A DNA stretch of 64,000 nucleotides. Source: Callorhinchus milii. Lineage: Eukaryota. A program made the position numbers and the translations under genes. Shown piece by piece: positions 1 through 11,115 of the stretch. Location of the stretch: assembly GCF_018977255.1 (NCBI RefSeq), contig NW_024704743.1, forward strand, positions 62,498,001-62,562,000. The letters are read 5' to 3'. Within the stretch, counting starts at the first letter, position 1. Every line of letters starts with the position of its first letter. The notes below the pieces were generated by a model, which saw nothing but the letters and a program-made list of their open reading frames with translations, ran no database searches and was not told the origin of the DNA.

Positions 1-50
1 CGGGTGTCTCGCTTGCAAGGCGATTGCTCTAACCACTGAGCTACAGGACT
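1..50 (-). mobile_element. tRNA-derived SINE 5' head (cut by window edge)
   Basis: Reverse complement agtcctgtagctcagtggttagagcaatcgccttgcaagcgag; same head as the copies ending at 2964, 32635 and ~52810. Confidence 0.75.
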
Positions 51-497
51 CCTGTACTGTATGTGTAGTGACTAATTATAACCAATGATAATTATCAAAT
101 GGATTCTAAATCTTTAGAATGAGGATATGATGCTAAACTCAAGAAGGCTGAGGATACAAATAGTTCTTACTTTTTTTCAAGTATCTATAAAGGTACAAGA
201 AATTGGAAATCGGTTACATTTTGAGAAATATAAGTGAGCCTGAAAATTGGGAATTGCCAGACTGCAAAAAATGGGATTTCATTGTATTTTGTTTGATATT
301 TTAAGTTTAGATGAAAGTGTTTACTATGTTTTGAATGTTCTGATGTACAAAGGTTACGTAATATTCAACAATTGCAAATTAAATCTATTAAAGAAAAATA
401 ATATGTAACCAGTCATATTTTATACCTTTAGCTGATCCATTATTTTTACTTTGCAAGAGGAGTTTTTGGATGTTAATGACTACCTTGTTCTGCACAG

Positions 498-678
498 TGT
501 CCCACTTTGGAGCAGTATGCTATGAGAGCTTTCGCTGATGCCTTGGAAGTGATTCCAATGGCACTGGCTGAGAACAGTGGCTTTAGTCCAATCCAGACCA
601 TGACAGAAGTAAGAGCTAGACAGGTGAAGGAGAACAACTCTGCACTGGGTATAGATTGCTTACACAAGGGCACATACG
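498..678 (+). CDS. CCT5: T-complex protein 1 subunit epsilon, penultimate coding exon
   Basis: cag| acceptor and |gtatgt donor; translates [60 protein letters not shown], recognisable as the CCT5 C-terminal region. Confidence 0.96.
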
Positions 679-1171
679 GTATGTAATGCTTTGTTTTTTA
701 TACCTTTTCTGTTGGACTTAAATTAATACAATGTAATCTGCTTAAATTTAGTCATAGTAACAAATTTACATCAGTTTTTTTATATAAAATTAGAAACTAA
801 TCTCAAGTTTAATGATCAATAATTAGTCTGTTGTGACTAATTTCAAGAGAAACTTGTGACCTTAGCTCACAAAAAAACTTAACGCTGCATCACTTTTGAC
901 TCAAACTAAGGTTATCTGGTTGGTCTGTTTGGTTTTAGTAGTAGCAATTGCAATCAAGTGAACATGTCAGTCTGGAGAGCTGGGCCACATTTTATCCATT
1001 GGCATTCAATATTGGCTTTCTGTGTTCACAAACCGCATAGAGCATATTATTCCATAACGCTAACTTTGCAAAGCATCTGATGACACCATGTTTTCATTTC
1101 TTATACCAACTATGAAACACCCTGTCTTGCTTATTAAAATGTAAATAAAATGCATGACTGAAACTTGTTAC

Positions 1172-1712
1172 TACAACAACAACTTGGATTTATATAGCGC
1201 CCTCCACGCCGGACGGCGTCTCAGAGCGCTTACAAAGCATTGATCCAATTGAGAGTTTTGCTGCCAATTGTAATCTTGGGTTTTGAGTTTCAAAACTGCC
1301 TTCTGCATGCTAAACGGTACCAGGCTCTGCACCCCTATCACCCCAGTTCTTGCCATACTCCACTAGCTCCTTGTTGCAGAAGGATCGGATTTCAAGATCA
1401 TCACTGTCACTTTCAAATCACTTCATGCCCTGGCACCTCCCTACCTCTCTGATATGCTCACACTCCACTACCTGCTGCCTTCACTTAGCTGGCTTGGGAG
1501 TTCTACACATTCCTCATCATCCACTCCGATTGGCAGCTGTGCTTTCAGTCACGATGTCTCGAATCTAGAATTCCTTGCCCCAATCCATGTGTCTTGCCCA
1601 TCTTTACCCACCTTCAAATCATACCTGAAGACTTTCCTCTTCGCCCTCCCTTTCCAGCCCCAAGACATTACCCATGTTAAGGGTGTTGTATCAATGCAAA
1701 TTATTGTTTTTT
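1172..1712. mobile_element. L2 LINE 3' fragments (short - strand tail plus degenerate + strand piece) in the CCT5 intron
   Basis: caacaacaac..tatatagcgc tail; ttcaagatc..ccttcaaatc motifs shared with other L2 copies in the window. Confidence 0.65.
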
Positions 1713-1949
1713 GAATTGTCCTGTTGCCAGGACCAAGTTTTTTTTCTAGTTTATTTAGTTATGGCTGAATTTGCTGGTGAGATTAATTGATCATTGATTA
1801 ATACAATGTAAGATTTATGTGAAAAATGCTTGGAAATGTACAATGGTTACACTAGCCAAATGATTGAACTGTATTAAATGTTCTGATTTTGAATAAGTAA
1901 TTGCAATAATATGCATTCAAGCCACTAATTCCTTGGGTGCTTCTTGCAG

Positions 1950-2077
1950 ATATGAAAAAGCAACACGTCATAGAGACTCTCATTGGAAAGAAGCAGCAGA
2001 TCTCTTTGGCTAATCAGGTGGTGAAAATGATATTGAAAATTGATGATATCCGCTCACCTGGAGAAACACATGAGTAG
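1950..2077 (+). CDS. CCT5: CCT5 last coding exon
   Basis: ttcttgcag| acceptor, phase 1 matches the previous exon; (D)[44 protein letters not shown] at 2075-2077. Confidence 0.96.
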
Positions 2078-2214
2078 ACGGGAGGAGACGAGGAAGTACT
2101 GATAGCAGATTTAATGTGCAGAACAGTTTCTGTTGACGATTCTGTATTCGGTTTTCTGTTCAGTTATTTATTTTTGCATTGCCTTGTAGGCTCAGTGTAT
2201 TAGAAAGGCTGAAA

Positions 2215-2220
2215 AATAAA
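2215..2220 (+). terminator. CCT5: Polyadenylation signal of CCT5
   Basis: AATAAA ~140 nt after the stop, followed by a T-rich tract. Confidence 0.7.
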
Positions 2221-2360
2221 AGCTCACTTGGACCATTTCCTGATTTTCTTTGCCCTACTTATTGAAGCTCAGAATTGTCATTTAAAGGGTTAACAGTTCA
2301 CATTTTAGTAGGTTGGTATTTCAAAATACAATGGTGTTTACAATACAGATTTTCTTTATA

Positions 2361-3440
2361 CAATACAAAATTACATTTGCAAAGTGTCTTCCACGTCAGG
2401 AGAACATTCCCAAGGTGCTGAAGAGTCAGGGATTATGACCCAAACGGGGTGGGGAGGAGGGTGGCTGAAAGCATGGTCAAAGAGGAGGGTCTTGAGGTGT
2501 GCCTTGAAGGAGGCAAGGAAGGCAGTGAGGCGAAGAGAATGTAGGATGGAGTTCCAGAGTCTGGCAATGTTTCGGAGATGGGGCAAGGCAGAGTGGGTCA
2601 TGGCATGGATGTGGGACAGTAAGGACAGTTGAGGGTTGAACAAGATGCCTGATAATAATAAATAATAATCCTTGCATTTGATATAGCGCTTTTCACGTCA
2701 GGAGGACGTCCCAAAGCGCTTCACAGAATATACTGTAAAGTGAATTGATTGTATATTTGTGAGCGAACGCAGCAGCCAATTGCGCACAGCAGTGTCCCAC
2801 AAACAGTGGATTGAAAATGACCAATTTATTATTTATTTTTTTGGAGGGCATATTATTAGGCGTGTGGAGTAAGGAAACTTGCCCAAGGTTTCGCCCTCTG
2901 CCTGGAATTGAACTTGGGTCTGTCGCTTGCAAAGCGAGTGTTCTAACCACTGAGCTACAGGACTTGACTGCCTCAGTGAGATGGAGTGTGCATCTGTGGA
3001 TGCTGATGCTGCCAGTGCCTGAGGTGTGGAGGCGCTATCAGGAGACCCTCGGTCTTGCTGATGTTCAAATGTAGAAAGTTAGCTCTCATCCAGGACTTGA
3101 TATCTGACAGACAGACAGTGTGTCAGGACATCAGTTGTCCTGGCGTCGAGGGTGGACGCAGAGAGTTGAATGTCATCTGTGTATATGTTGAAGTTAACCC
3201 CATGTCGCGGATGATGTCACCAAGAGGACTGAGGACAGAACCCTGAGTAACACCGCATGAGACGGTGTGAGGGCTGGAGGAGAAGCTGTTTGTGGAGGCA
3301 AAGTGGAGCTGGAGTGAGTTAGGATCGAAACCATTCAAGGATAGAACCTTGAAGGTTGAGAGGAGAGGCGGTAGAGGATGATAGAGTGGTCCACAGTGTT
3401 GAAGTTAGCAGAGAGGTCTTTGAGGCAGGGAGCCCTGGTC
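2361..3440 (-). mobile_element. L2 LINE fragment interrupted by a nested SINE
   Basis: Degenerate RT-like peptides ([17 protein letters not shown]); L2 sequence is collinear on both sides of the insert. Confidence 0.8.
2652..2964 (-). mobile_element. Near full-length tRNA(Ala-like)-headed SINE with L2-like 3' tail
   Basis: A-box/B-box head (tagctcagtgg ... gttcaattcc), anticodon-like loop with TGC; 3' end gcgctttgggacgtcc..aaatgcaaggattattatt. Confidence 0.85.
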
Positions 3441-3756
3441 ACAGGTGGACAGATTATATACATTTAAATTTATATAGCATGTTTCACATTCGGAGGGCAT
3501 TTTTAACTAATACCACAAGATGTGAGTACATTTTACAGAATGCTTTTTGATGCTCTACAAATAATACACTAGCTGATAATTGCATTTTACTCTAATCATC
3601 AACACTACAGAATCCAGCATCATGAAATTTAGTTCTGCCGACAATGGGGCCACCTTACTCATCCCACACCTCGATTTCCCAATGAAGTCTTTCTAAAGCA
3701 CTTTGAGACATTCTCTCACTGAAAAGCACTATGTGAGTGTAAATTGTATCTATAGT

Positions 3757-4329
3757 TCATTCAGAACTCTGCAGCTCGTGTACTGTCCCGCACCAGGCTT
3801 CGGGACCACATCATTCCCACCCTCGCTCGCCTCCACTGGCTCCCCATCCCCCAGAGGATCGAATTCAAGATCCTCATCCTCACCTACAAGGCCATTCACG
3901 GCCTTGCTCCCTCCTACCATCCCCCTACCTACCTGCCCGTACCCTCCGTTCCTCCGGCTCCGGTCTGCTCCACGTCCCCCGCCCCAATCGCCCTACCATC
4001 GGTGGTCGGGCCTTCAGCCTCTCAGCCCCGAGGCTCTGGAACTCTAACCCCCAGTGCCTTCGCCGCTTCCTCCCTCTCCTTCAAGGCCGGTCTCAAAACC
4101 TTTCTCTTTGACCGTGCCTTCAGTTCCCCTCTCGACTCTCTTCCCCTCCTCGCTCCCTCCCTTCCCTCCCCTCACCCTGACCATTTCCCCCTCCTCGCTC
4201 CCTCCCTTCCCTCCCCTCACCCTGACCATTTCCCCCCTGCTCGGGTCATGACCCAACTGTGCAGCGCCTTGGGACGTCCTCCTGACGTGAAAGGCGCTTT
4301 ATAAATGGAATCTTGTTGTTGTTGTTGTT
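3757..4329 (+). mobile_element. L2 LINE 3' end
   Basis: ctccactggctccccatc (LHWLP) motif; 3' end aggcgctttataaat..(ttg)n; internal ~45-bp tandem duplication at 4141-4236. Confidence 0.85.
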
Positions 4330-5689
4330 CAGTTACTTGTAATGAGTAGAAAATATTAATTTAAGTATCTACATCTTTTTTACTACTTTATAAAATTTAT
4401 ATAGTTAATCTTGGAGCGTGATTTACCTATTCCTTTCTCTTTCTACCCCCACCCTCCCCCAGGAAATTTCTCTTCTTACTGTAACCATGAATGCAATTTA
4501 TTTGTTTTGCTAGGTAGCACAAAGATAAGTTTTGTGTGTCAGTCTGGCTCAGGTGGTAGCACTCGCCTCTGAGCTTAGGCCACATCTGGTCCACGACCAG
4601 GGATGCCTTCCTCCACCTCCACTGCAATGCCCATCTTCGAACCTATCTTACTTCAAACACTACTCAAACTCTCATACGTGCTTTTATCACCACTCTCCTA
4701 GCCTGTCTCCCCAGATCCACTATAAACAAGGTCCAAATGATTCAGATCTCTGCTGCCTATGTCCTCACCCACACCAAGCTCTGTACTCCCATTATCCCAG
4801 TTCTTGCCAGGCTCCACCGACTTCCTGTTATAGGAACAAATCAATTTCAAGATCCTCATTCACTTTCAAATACTTAACACTGTGATTTCTACCTATCTCT
4901 CCAATAAGCTCACACCCCACCACTGCCAACCAGAACCTTCACTCAGCTGGCTGTCTTAACATACCCCTCGTTCTCTCTGCTTTCAGCCACTATGCCCCAA
5001 ATCTCTGGAGCTCCTGCCTCAAACCCTCCACTTGCCCATCTTTAAATTACACGAAACTCCCCTGAATTTCTTACCTTTACCCCTTTTCTGAAGAGGCAAA
5101 GAGAAATTCTGAATTACAGTCTCTATGATTGCAGTAGGCCTCCAGTAATAATAATACTTGCATTTGGTGTAGCACCCCTTGCATCAGGAGTACGTCTCTT
5201 TTTTTATGTGTAATTGGCTGCCGCGTTTAGCCCACAAAATACACAATCAATCCACTTTACAAAATATTCTGTGGAACGCTTTGAGATGTCTCAGTGATGT
5301 AATATGACATATCAAATGCAAGAGTTTTTATAAATATTTAAAAAGATACAAAAACACATTTATTGAAATAAATATTTTAAATAATTCTCTTCAGGAAATT
5401 TCTAAATAGAACCTTTGTTAGCTGAAGTCAATTAACTTGCGAGTGCATTCTGATCAAGGAAGCATTCACTTCCCTAATCTAATTCTTTTCTCCCATCTTA
5501 TTATTGTCACAGTTTTTGATAGGGAAAATAAAGTATCAGTGTTCAGCATTAAAGAGGAAATTCAAAGGAGCCCGGGAGTTCTATTTCAAATAAGAGACAA
5601 TTGTGAGACGACAGATGTACTAGAATTTCTTTTCTGTTTCTTTTCTTTTCTTTTCCGCTGGAAAAGAACTATATCTTAGTACAATGGAG

Positions 5690-5862
5690 TTGCTGTCCTT
5701 CGGATGAGACGTTAAACTGAGGTCCCATCTGCATGTTCAAGTGGATGTTAAAAGATCTATGGCACTATTTGAAAAAGAGAAAGGAATTTCTCCCAGTGTC
5801 CTGACCTACAAATCTTCCAAATAAAATTGGGTCACTCACTCCATTGCTGTTTGCGGGCTGTA
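5690..5862 (+). mobile_element. Deu-domain-type SINE fragment
   Basis: ggatgagacgttaaac..gtggatgttaaaagatc..ggcactatttgaaaaagag core shared with copies at 34.8, 37.3 and 48.3 kb. Confidence 0.7.
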
Positions 5863-6169
5863 GGATGCCCCGTGCCCTCGTTCCATAAGTTAGCGTGACC
5901 ATACGTCCCCAATTTCCAGGGATAGTCCCCGGATGAGGTATTGTGTCCACGGCCAAATTTGCGTATTGAGCTCAGCAACAAAACTGAGCAAGAAAATTTC
6001 TAAGAGTGACACCCTAATCAGCGCAAAACCAGCCATCAATGTAAGAGGCTTCTCCAGTACACCTGCAGCAGCAATCGTGATGAGTTCAAAAAGGTGTTAA
6101 AAGATATGTCCCCAGGATCTGGTTTATGAAGCCCTGGTCCATCCCCAGCTGTTGGCAGCAGCTGCAGTG

Positions 6170-6372
6170 AGAGCAGCGGCCGGCACCAGGGCCCAGGAGA
6201 CAAGCACACGGTCACGTGATCCCATGGCCCGGGCCGCGAGCTGATGGCGTCATCATGGTCCGCCGCACAGGCAGATAGACAGGAAGTGACGCAGTTCCTA
6301 CTCGCGACTCGTGGGCGGAGTGACCGCAGACAGGAAGTGACGAGTTTGACGACGACCATCGCAAACGGACTG
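6170..6372 (+). promoter_or_regulatory. CpG-rich TATA-less promoter and probable non-coding exon 1 of the zinc-finger gene
   Basis: CpG-dense island; E-box GTCACGTGA 6211; duplicated AGACAGGAAGTGACG (ETS plus half-CRE) at 6277 and 6328; GC box GGGCGGAG 6313; donor ctg|gtgaga at 6372/6373. Confidence 0.7.
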
Positions 6373-6384
6373 GTGAGAAAGTGT

Positions 6385-8084
6385 TAGACAGAGATACCGA
6401 CAGTGTGTCCACAGACAGAGAGACCGACAGTGTGTCCACAGACAGAGACCTGCAGTGTGTCCACAGACAGAGAGACCGACAGTGTGTCCACAGACAGAGA
6501 GACCGACAGTGTGTCCACAGACAGAGAGACCGACAGTGTGTCCACAGACAGAGAGACCGACAGTGTGTCCACAGACAGAGAGACCGACAGTGTGTCCACA
6601 GACAGAGAGACCGACAGTGTGTCCACAGACAGAGAGACCTGCAGTGTGTCCACAGACAGAGACCCACAGTGTGTCCACAGACAGAGAGACCGACAGTGTG
6701 TCCACAGACAGAGAGACCGACAGTGTGTCCACAGACAGAGACCTGCAGTGTGTCCACAGACAGAGACCTGCAGTGTGTCCACAGACAGAGACCTGCAGTG
6801 TGTCCACAGACAGAGAGACCGACAGTGTGTCCACAGACAGAGAGACCGACAGTGTGTCCACAGACAGAGAGACCGGCAGTGTGTCCACAGACAGAGACCT
6901 GCAGTGTGTCCACAGACAGAGACCTGCAGTGTGTCCACAGGCAGAGAGACCTGCAGTGTGTCCACAGACAGAGACCGACAGTGTGTCCACAGACAGAGAC
7001 CGACAGTGTGTCCACAGACAGAGACCTGCAGTGTGTCCACAGACAGAGACCTGCAGTGTGTCCACAGACAGAGACCTGCAGTGTGTCCACAGACAGAGAC
7101 CTGCAGTGTGTCCACAGACAGAGAGACCTGCAGTGTGTCCACAGACAGAGAGACCGGCAGTGTGTCCACAGACAGAGACCTGCAGTGTGTCCACAGACAG
7201 AGAGACCGACAGTGTGTCCACAGGCAGAGAGACCGACAGTGTGTCCACAGACAGAGACCTGCAGTGTGTCCACAGGCAGAGAGACCTGCAGTGTGTCCAC
7301 AGACAGAGACCTGCAGTGTGTCCAGAGACAGAGAGATCTGCAGTGTATCCAGAGAGACAGAGAGACCTGCAGTGTGTCCAGAGACAGAGAGACCTGCAGT
7401 GTGTCCACAGACAGAGAGACCGACAGTGTGTCCACAGACAGAGAGACCGACAGTGTGTCCACAAACAGAGAGACCGACAGTGTGTCCAGAGACAGAGACC
7501 TACAGTGTGTCCAGAGACAGAGAGACCTGCAGTGTGTCCAGAGACAGAGAGACCGACAGTGTGTCCAGAGAGACAGAGAGACCTGCAGTGTGTCCAGAGA
7601 CAGAGAGACCTGCAGTGTGTCCAGAGAGACCTGCAGTGTGTCCAGAGAGACCTGCAGTGTGTCCACAGACAGAGACCTGCAGTGTGTCCACAAACAGAGA
7701 CCTGCAGTGTGTCCACAGGCAGAGACCTGCAGTGTGTCCAGAGAGACCTGCAGTGTGTCCAGAGACAGAGAGACCTGCAGTGTGTCCAGAGAGACCTGCA
7801 GTGTGTCCAGAGAGACCTGCGGTGTGTCCACAGACAGAGACCTGCAGTGTGTCCACAGACAGAGACCTGCAGTGTGTCCACAGGCAGAGACCTGCAGTGT
7901 GTCCAGAGAGACCTGCAGTGTGTCCAGAGACAGAGAGACCTGCAGTGTGTCCAGAGACAGAGAGACCTGCAGTGTGTCCAGAGAGACCTGCAGTGTGTCC
8001 AGAGACAGAGAGACCTGCAGTGTGTCCAGAGACAGAGAGACCTGCAGTGTGTCTCGAGAGAGAGAGAGACCTGCAGTGTGTCTC

Positions 8085-8115
<31 letters not shown>

Positions 8116-8797
8116 AGTATGTCTAGAGAGAGAGAGACCTGCAGTATGTCTAGAGACAGAGAGACCTGCAGTGTGTCTAGAGAGACAGGGAGACCTGCAG
8201 TGTGTCTCGAGAGACAGGGAGACCTGCAGTGTGTCTAGAGAGACAGAGAGACCTGCAGTGTGTCTAGAGAGACAGAGAGACCTGCAGTGTGTCCAGAGAG
8301 ACAGAGAGACCTGCAGTGTGTCTCGAGAGAGAGAGAGACCTGCAGTGAGTCGAGAGAGAGAGAAACCTGCAGTGATTCGAGAGAGAGAGAAACCTGCAGT
8401 GATTCGAGAGAGAGAGAAACCTGCAGTGATTCGAGAGAGAGAGAAACCTGCAGTGAGTTGAGAGAGAGAGAAACCTGCAGTGAGTCGAGAGAGAGAGAAA
8501 CCTGCAGTGAGTCGAGAGAGAGAGAAACCTGCAGTGAGTCGAGAGAGAGAGAAACCTGCAGTGAGTCGAGAGAGAGAGAAACCTCCAGTGAGTCGAGAGA
8601 GAGAGAAACCTGCATTGAGTCGAGAGAGAGGGGAACCTGCAGTGAGTCGAGAGAGAGAAACCTGCCGTGTGTCGAGAGAGAGAGAGAAACCTGCCGTTTA
8701 TCGAGAGAGAGAGAAACCTGCAGTGTTTATAGAGAGAAAGAAATCAGCAATGTGTCTGTAGTGATAGAGAGAAAGATACCTGGAGTGTGTCCAGAGT
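6385..8797. repeat. 2.4 kb minisatellite (units ~20-30 bp, core GACCTGCAGTGTGTCCACAGACAGAGA) filling intron 1
   Basis: Directly visible tandem array whose unit drifts progressively along its length. Confidence 0.97.
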
Positions 8798-8955
8798 AAA
8801 TAGGAACAGAGCAGTTATTATGCTTGATTTAAGTATTTAAAGAGAACAATATTTGCTTGACATTTGTCTTTTTCGACAAAAAATAGATTTGGCCTCAGCA
8901 AGAAAATTATCTAATATTATTGCTTTTTACTTTTCTATAGGTTTCGTATAATAAC

Positions 8956-11115
8956 ATGAGTGAATATGTTGCCAAGTCTCAAGCTAACCCTGGAAATGAA
9001 ATAGATGCGAGTGATGGAGCTGTTACACAGCCTAATAATGGAAAGGAGATAATTAAGGGTGATGAAGACGAATCCCAATTGCAAGCCAACAGTGAACAGG
9101 ACACAGCTAATATTGATGCAGACATTGTGCAACCTCAAGCTAAAACTGCGACAGACGTGGCCAAGAATGACCAGAGCCCAGCCCTACCTCGAGGTAACAT
9201 CGAAATGCACACAGCAAAGGGTGCTGCAAGTAAAGTCCAACTTCAAGTGAACAGTGAAACAACTACGAGTGAAGCTAACAGTGGAATGGTTATAACTAAG
9301 AGCGACTCGGACAAAACCCAACCAGAATCTAATAGTGGAACAGACGTAACTAAAATAGACTTGGGTAAAGCTCAAGCTAACAGTGAAATGCACATAATTA
9401 AGGGTGACCCATGGAAAGCTCGCTTTCTAGCTAATAGTGGAATGCATGTGGCTAAAAGTGACCCAGGCAAAACCCAGCCTAAAGCTAGCACGAGAACTGT
9501 TCTGGCTCTGGGGGATGAAGATAAAGCCCACTCTGAAGCTAATAGTGGAATGGGTGCAGCTAAGAATGATGCCCACCATGAAGTCAGCAGTGAAATAAAT
9601 GTTGCTGAGAGTGATTTACACAAAGCCCAATCTCAAACGTGCCCTGGAATGGATGGAGCAAAGAGTGATATAGCCCAGCCTCACGCTAACATTGGAATGG
9701 ACATAGTCCTGAGTGACACAGACAATGGCCAAGCCAACTGTGGAATGGATGTAGCTAAGATTGGCGCAAGCAAAGTCCAATCTCAAACCAACACTGAAAT
9801 AAACATAGCTAAGTGTGCCATACACATAAATCAACTTAAAGTTAACCCAGGCAAAACCCAATCTCAGGGTAACAAAGAAGTGGGCATACCTAAGAGTGAT
9901 GGAAGTATAGCCCCACCTCAAGCAAGCAGTGAAACAGAGGTGACTAAGAGTGACTTCAGCTATGCACAAACTGAAGCTAATGGTGGACTAGATATAGCTA
10001 AAAGTGGTTCAGACAAAACTCCAGCTCATAGTGGAAGGAACACAGAGAGTGATAAATGCAAAGCCCATTCTCAAACGAGCTGTGTAACAGATATAGTTAA
10101 GAGTGATGGAGTCATAGCTCAAACAAGCAGAGAAATGCATATATTTAAGAGTGATGCTGGCAAAGCCAAACCCCAAGCTAACAGTAAAACTGATCTATTT
10201 GAGAGTGACTCTGGTATAACTCAACCTCAGGCTATCAGTGGAGTTGGTATGGCTGAAAGTGACTCAGGCAAAATCCAACTTCAAGCAAACAGTGAAATAG
10301 ATGTCAGCGAGGGTGATTTGGGTACAGCTGAAGTTAATGGAAAGGAAGTAATTAAGAGTGATGGAGACAAATATCAACCTATCAGTGGAATGAATATAGC
10401 AGAGAGGGCCTCGGGCAAAATCCAATGTGAAAGAAGCAATGAAGCAGAGTTACCTAAGGAGGGTGATAGTCAATTACCAACTTACTGTGGAATGGAGATA
10501 GCTAATAGCTCCAGCTTAACCAAATCTCAAGTTGCTGAAGGTGAAAAGGATGTTCTAAACAATTATGCAGGAAATGCCCAACTTCAAACTAACACAGCTA
10601 ACAATGATCCATACAAAGGTGGACTTCAGGTTGGTAAAAGTGGAAAGGTCCAACCTATGAATATTACAAACAAAACTCAGCTTCAAGTTACTAAAGATAC
10701 AAAAGACACTGCTACAAGTAATGAAGGAAACATTCAAGCTATTTCTAATAGTGGTGAAAAAGGAGTAATTGTAACTGTTGGAGGCAATATTCAGCCTAAT
10801 AGTGAAAATAAACCTATCAACTTTGGAATTAAAGTTGATCCTCAGATTCGCAAAGTAATCAATCCTAAGAGTGAAAAAAAGATTCCTGGGAAAAGATTCA
10901 TAACTTATACTGCAAAAATGTTTGGTAAAAAAGCTGGAACAAGATTCCAAACTTATGGTGGAGATAAAAGATATGAAAATATAACAGCTTCCAATAACTC
11001 CCAATACCAAACTTACAGGAAGTTTGTGAGTGGTGGACCTCAGAATGATCCAGATGAAAAATATGCGAAGATATTTAGAAAAGATGGAAAAGATGTGAAG
11101 ACATTTTGGTGTGAT
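8956..11115 (+). CDS. Gene A exon 2 (start codon; large ~18-aa repeat region; first Cys of ZF1)
   Basis: Acceptor ttttctatag| at 8940, ATG 8956, 720 open codons, donor TGTGAT|gtaagt; ends KTFWCD. Confidence 0.9.

Noticed and set aside
82..153. C/D box snoRNA in the CCT5 intron (ATGATAA ... CTGA)
   Set aside because: Imperfect C box, no convincing terminal stem or guide; would need an Rfam search
2890..2964. tRNA-Ala genes (also 1-50, ~32570-32635, ~52745-52810)
   Set aside because: Diverged copies with no proper acceptor stem, continuing into SINE body sequence
5891..6148. hAT-like MITE upstream of the promoter
   Set aside because: Ends only loosely resemble TAGGGTGACCA-type TIRs and no target duplication is visible
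6385..8797. CRISPR-like array
   Set aside because: Units abut with no unique spacers, no cas genes, eukaryotic intron context
6212..8799. Long ORFs (up to 668 aa) on both strands
   Set aside because: By-product of a stop-poor minisatellite; the same peptides cycle through the frames, and the region lies between a donor and an acceptor
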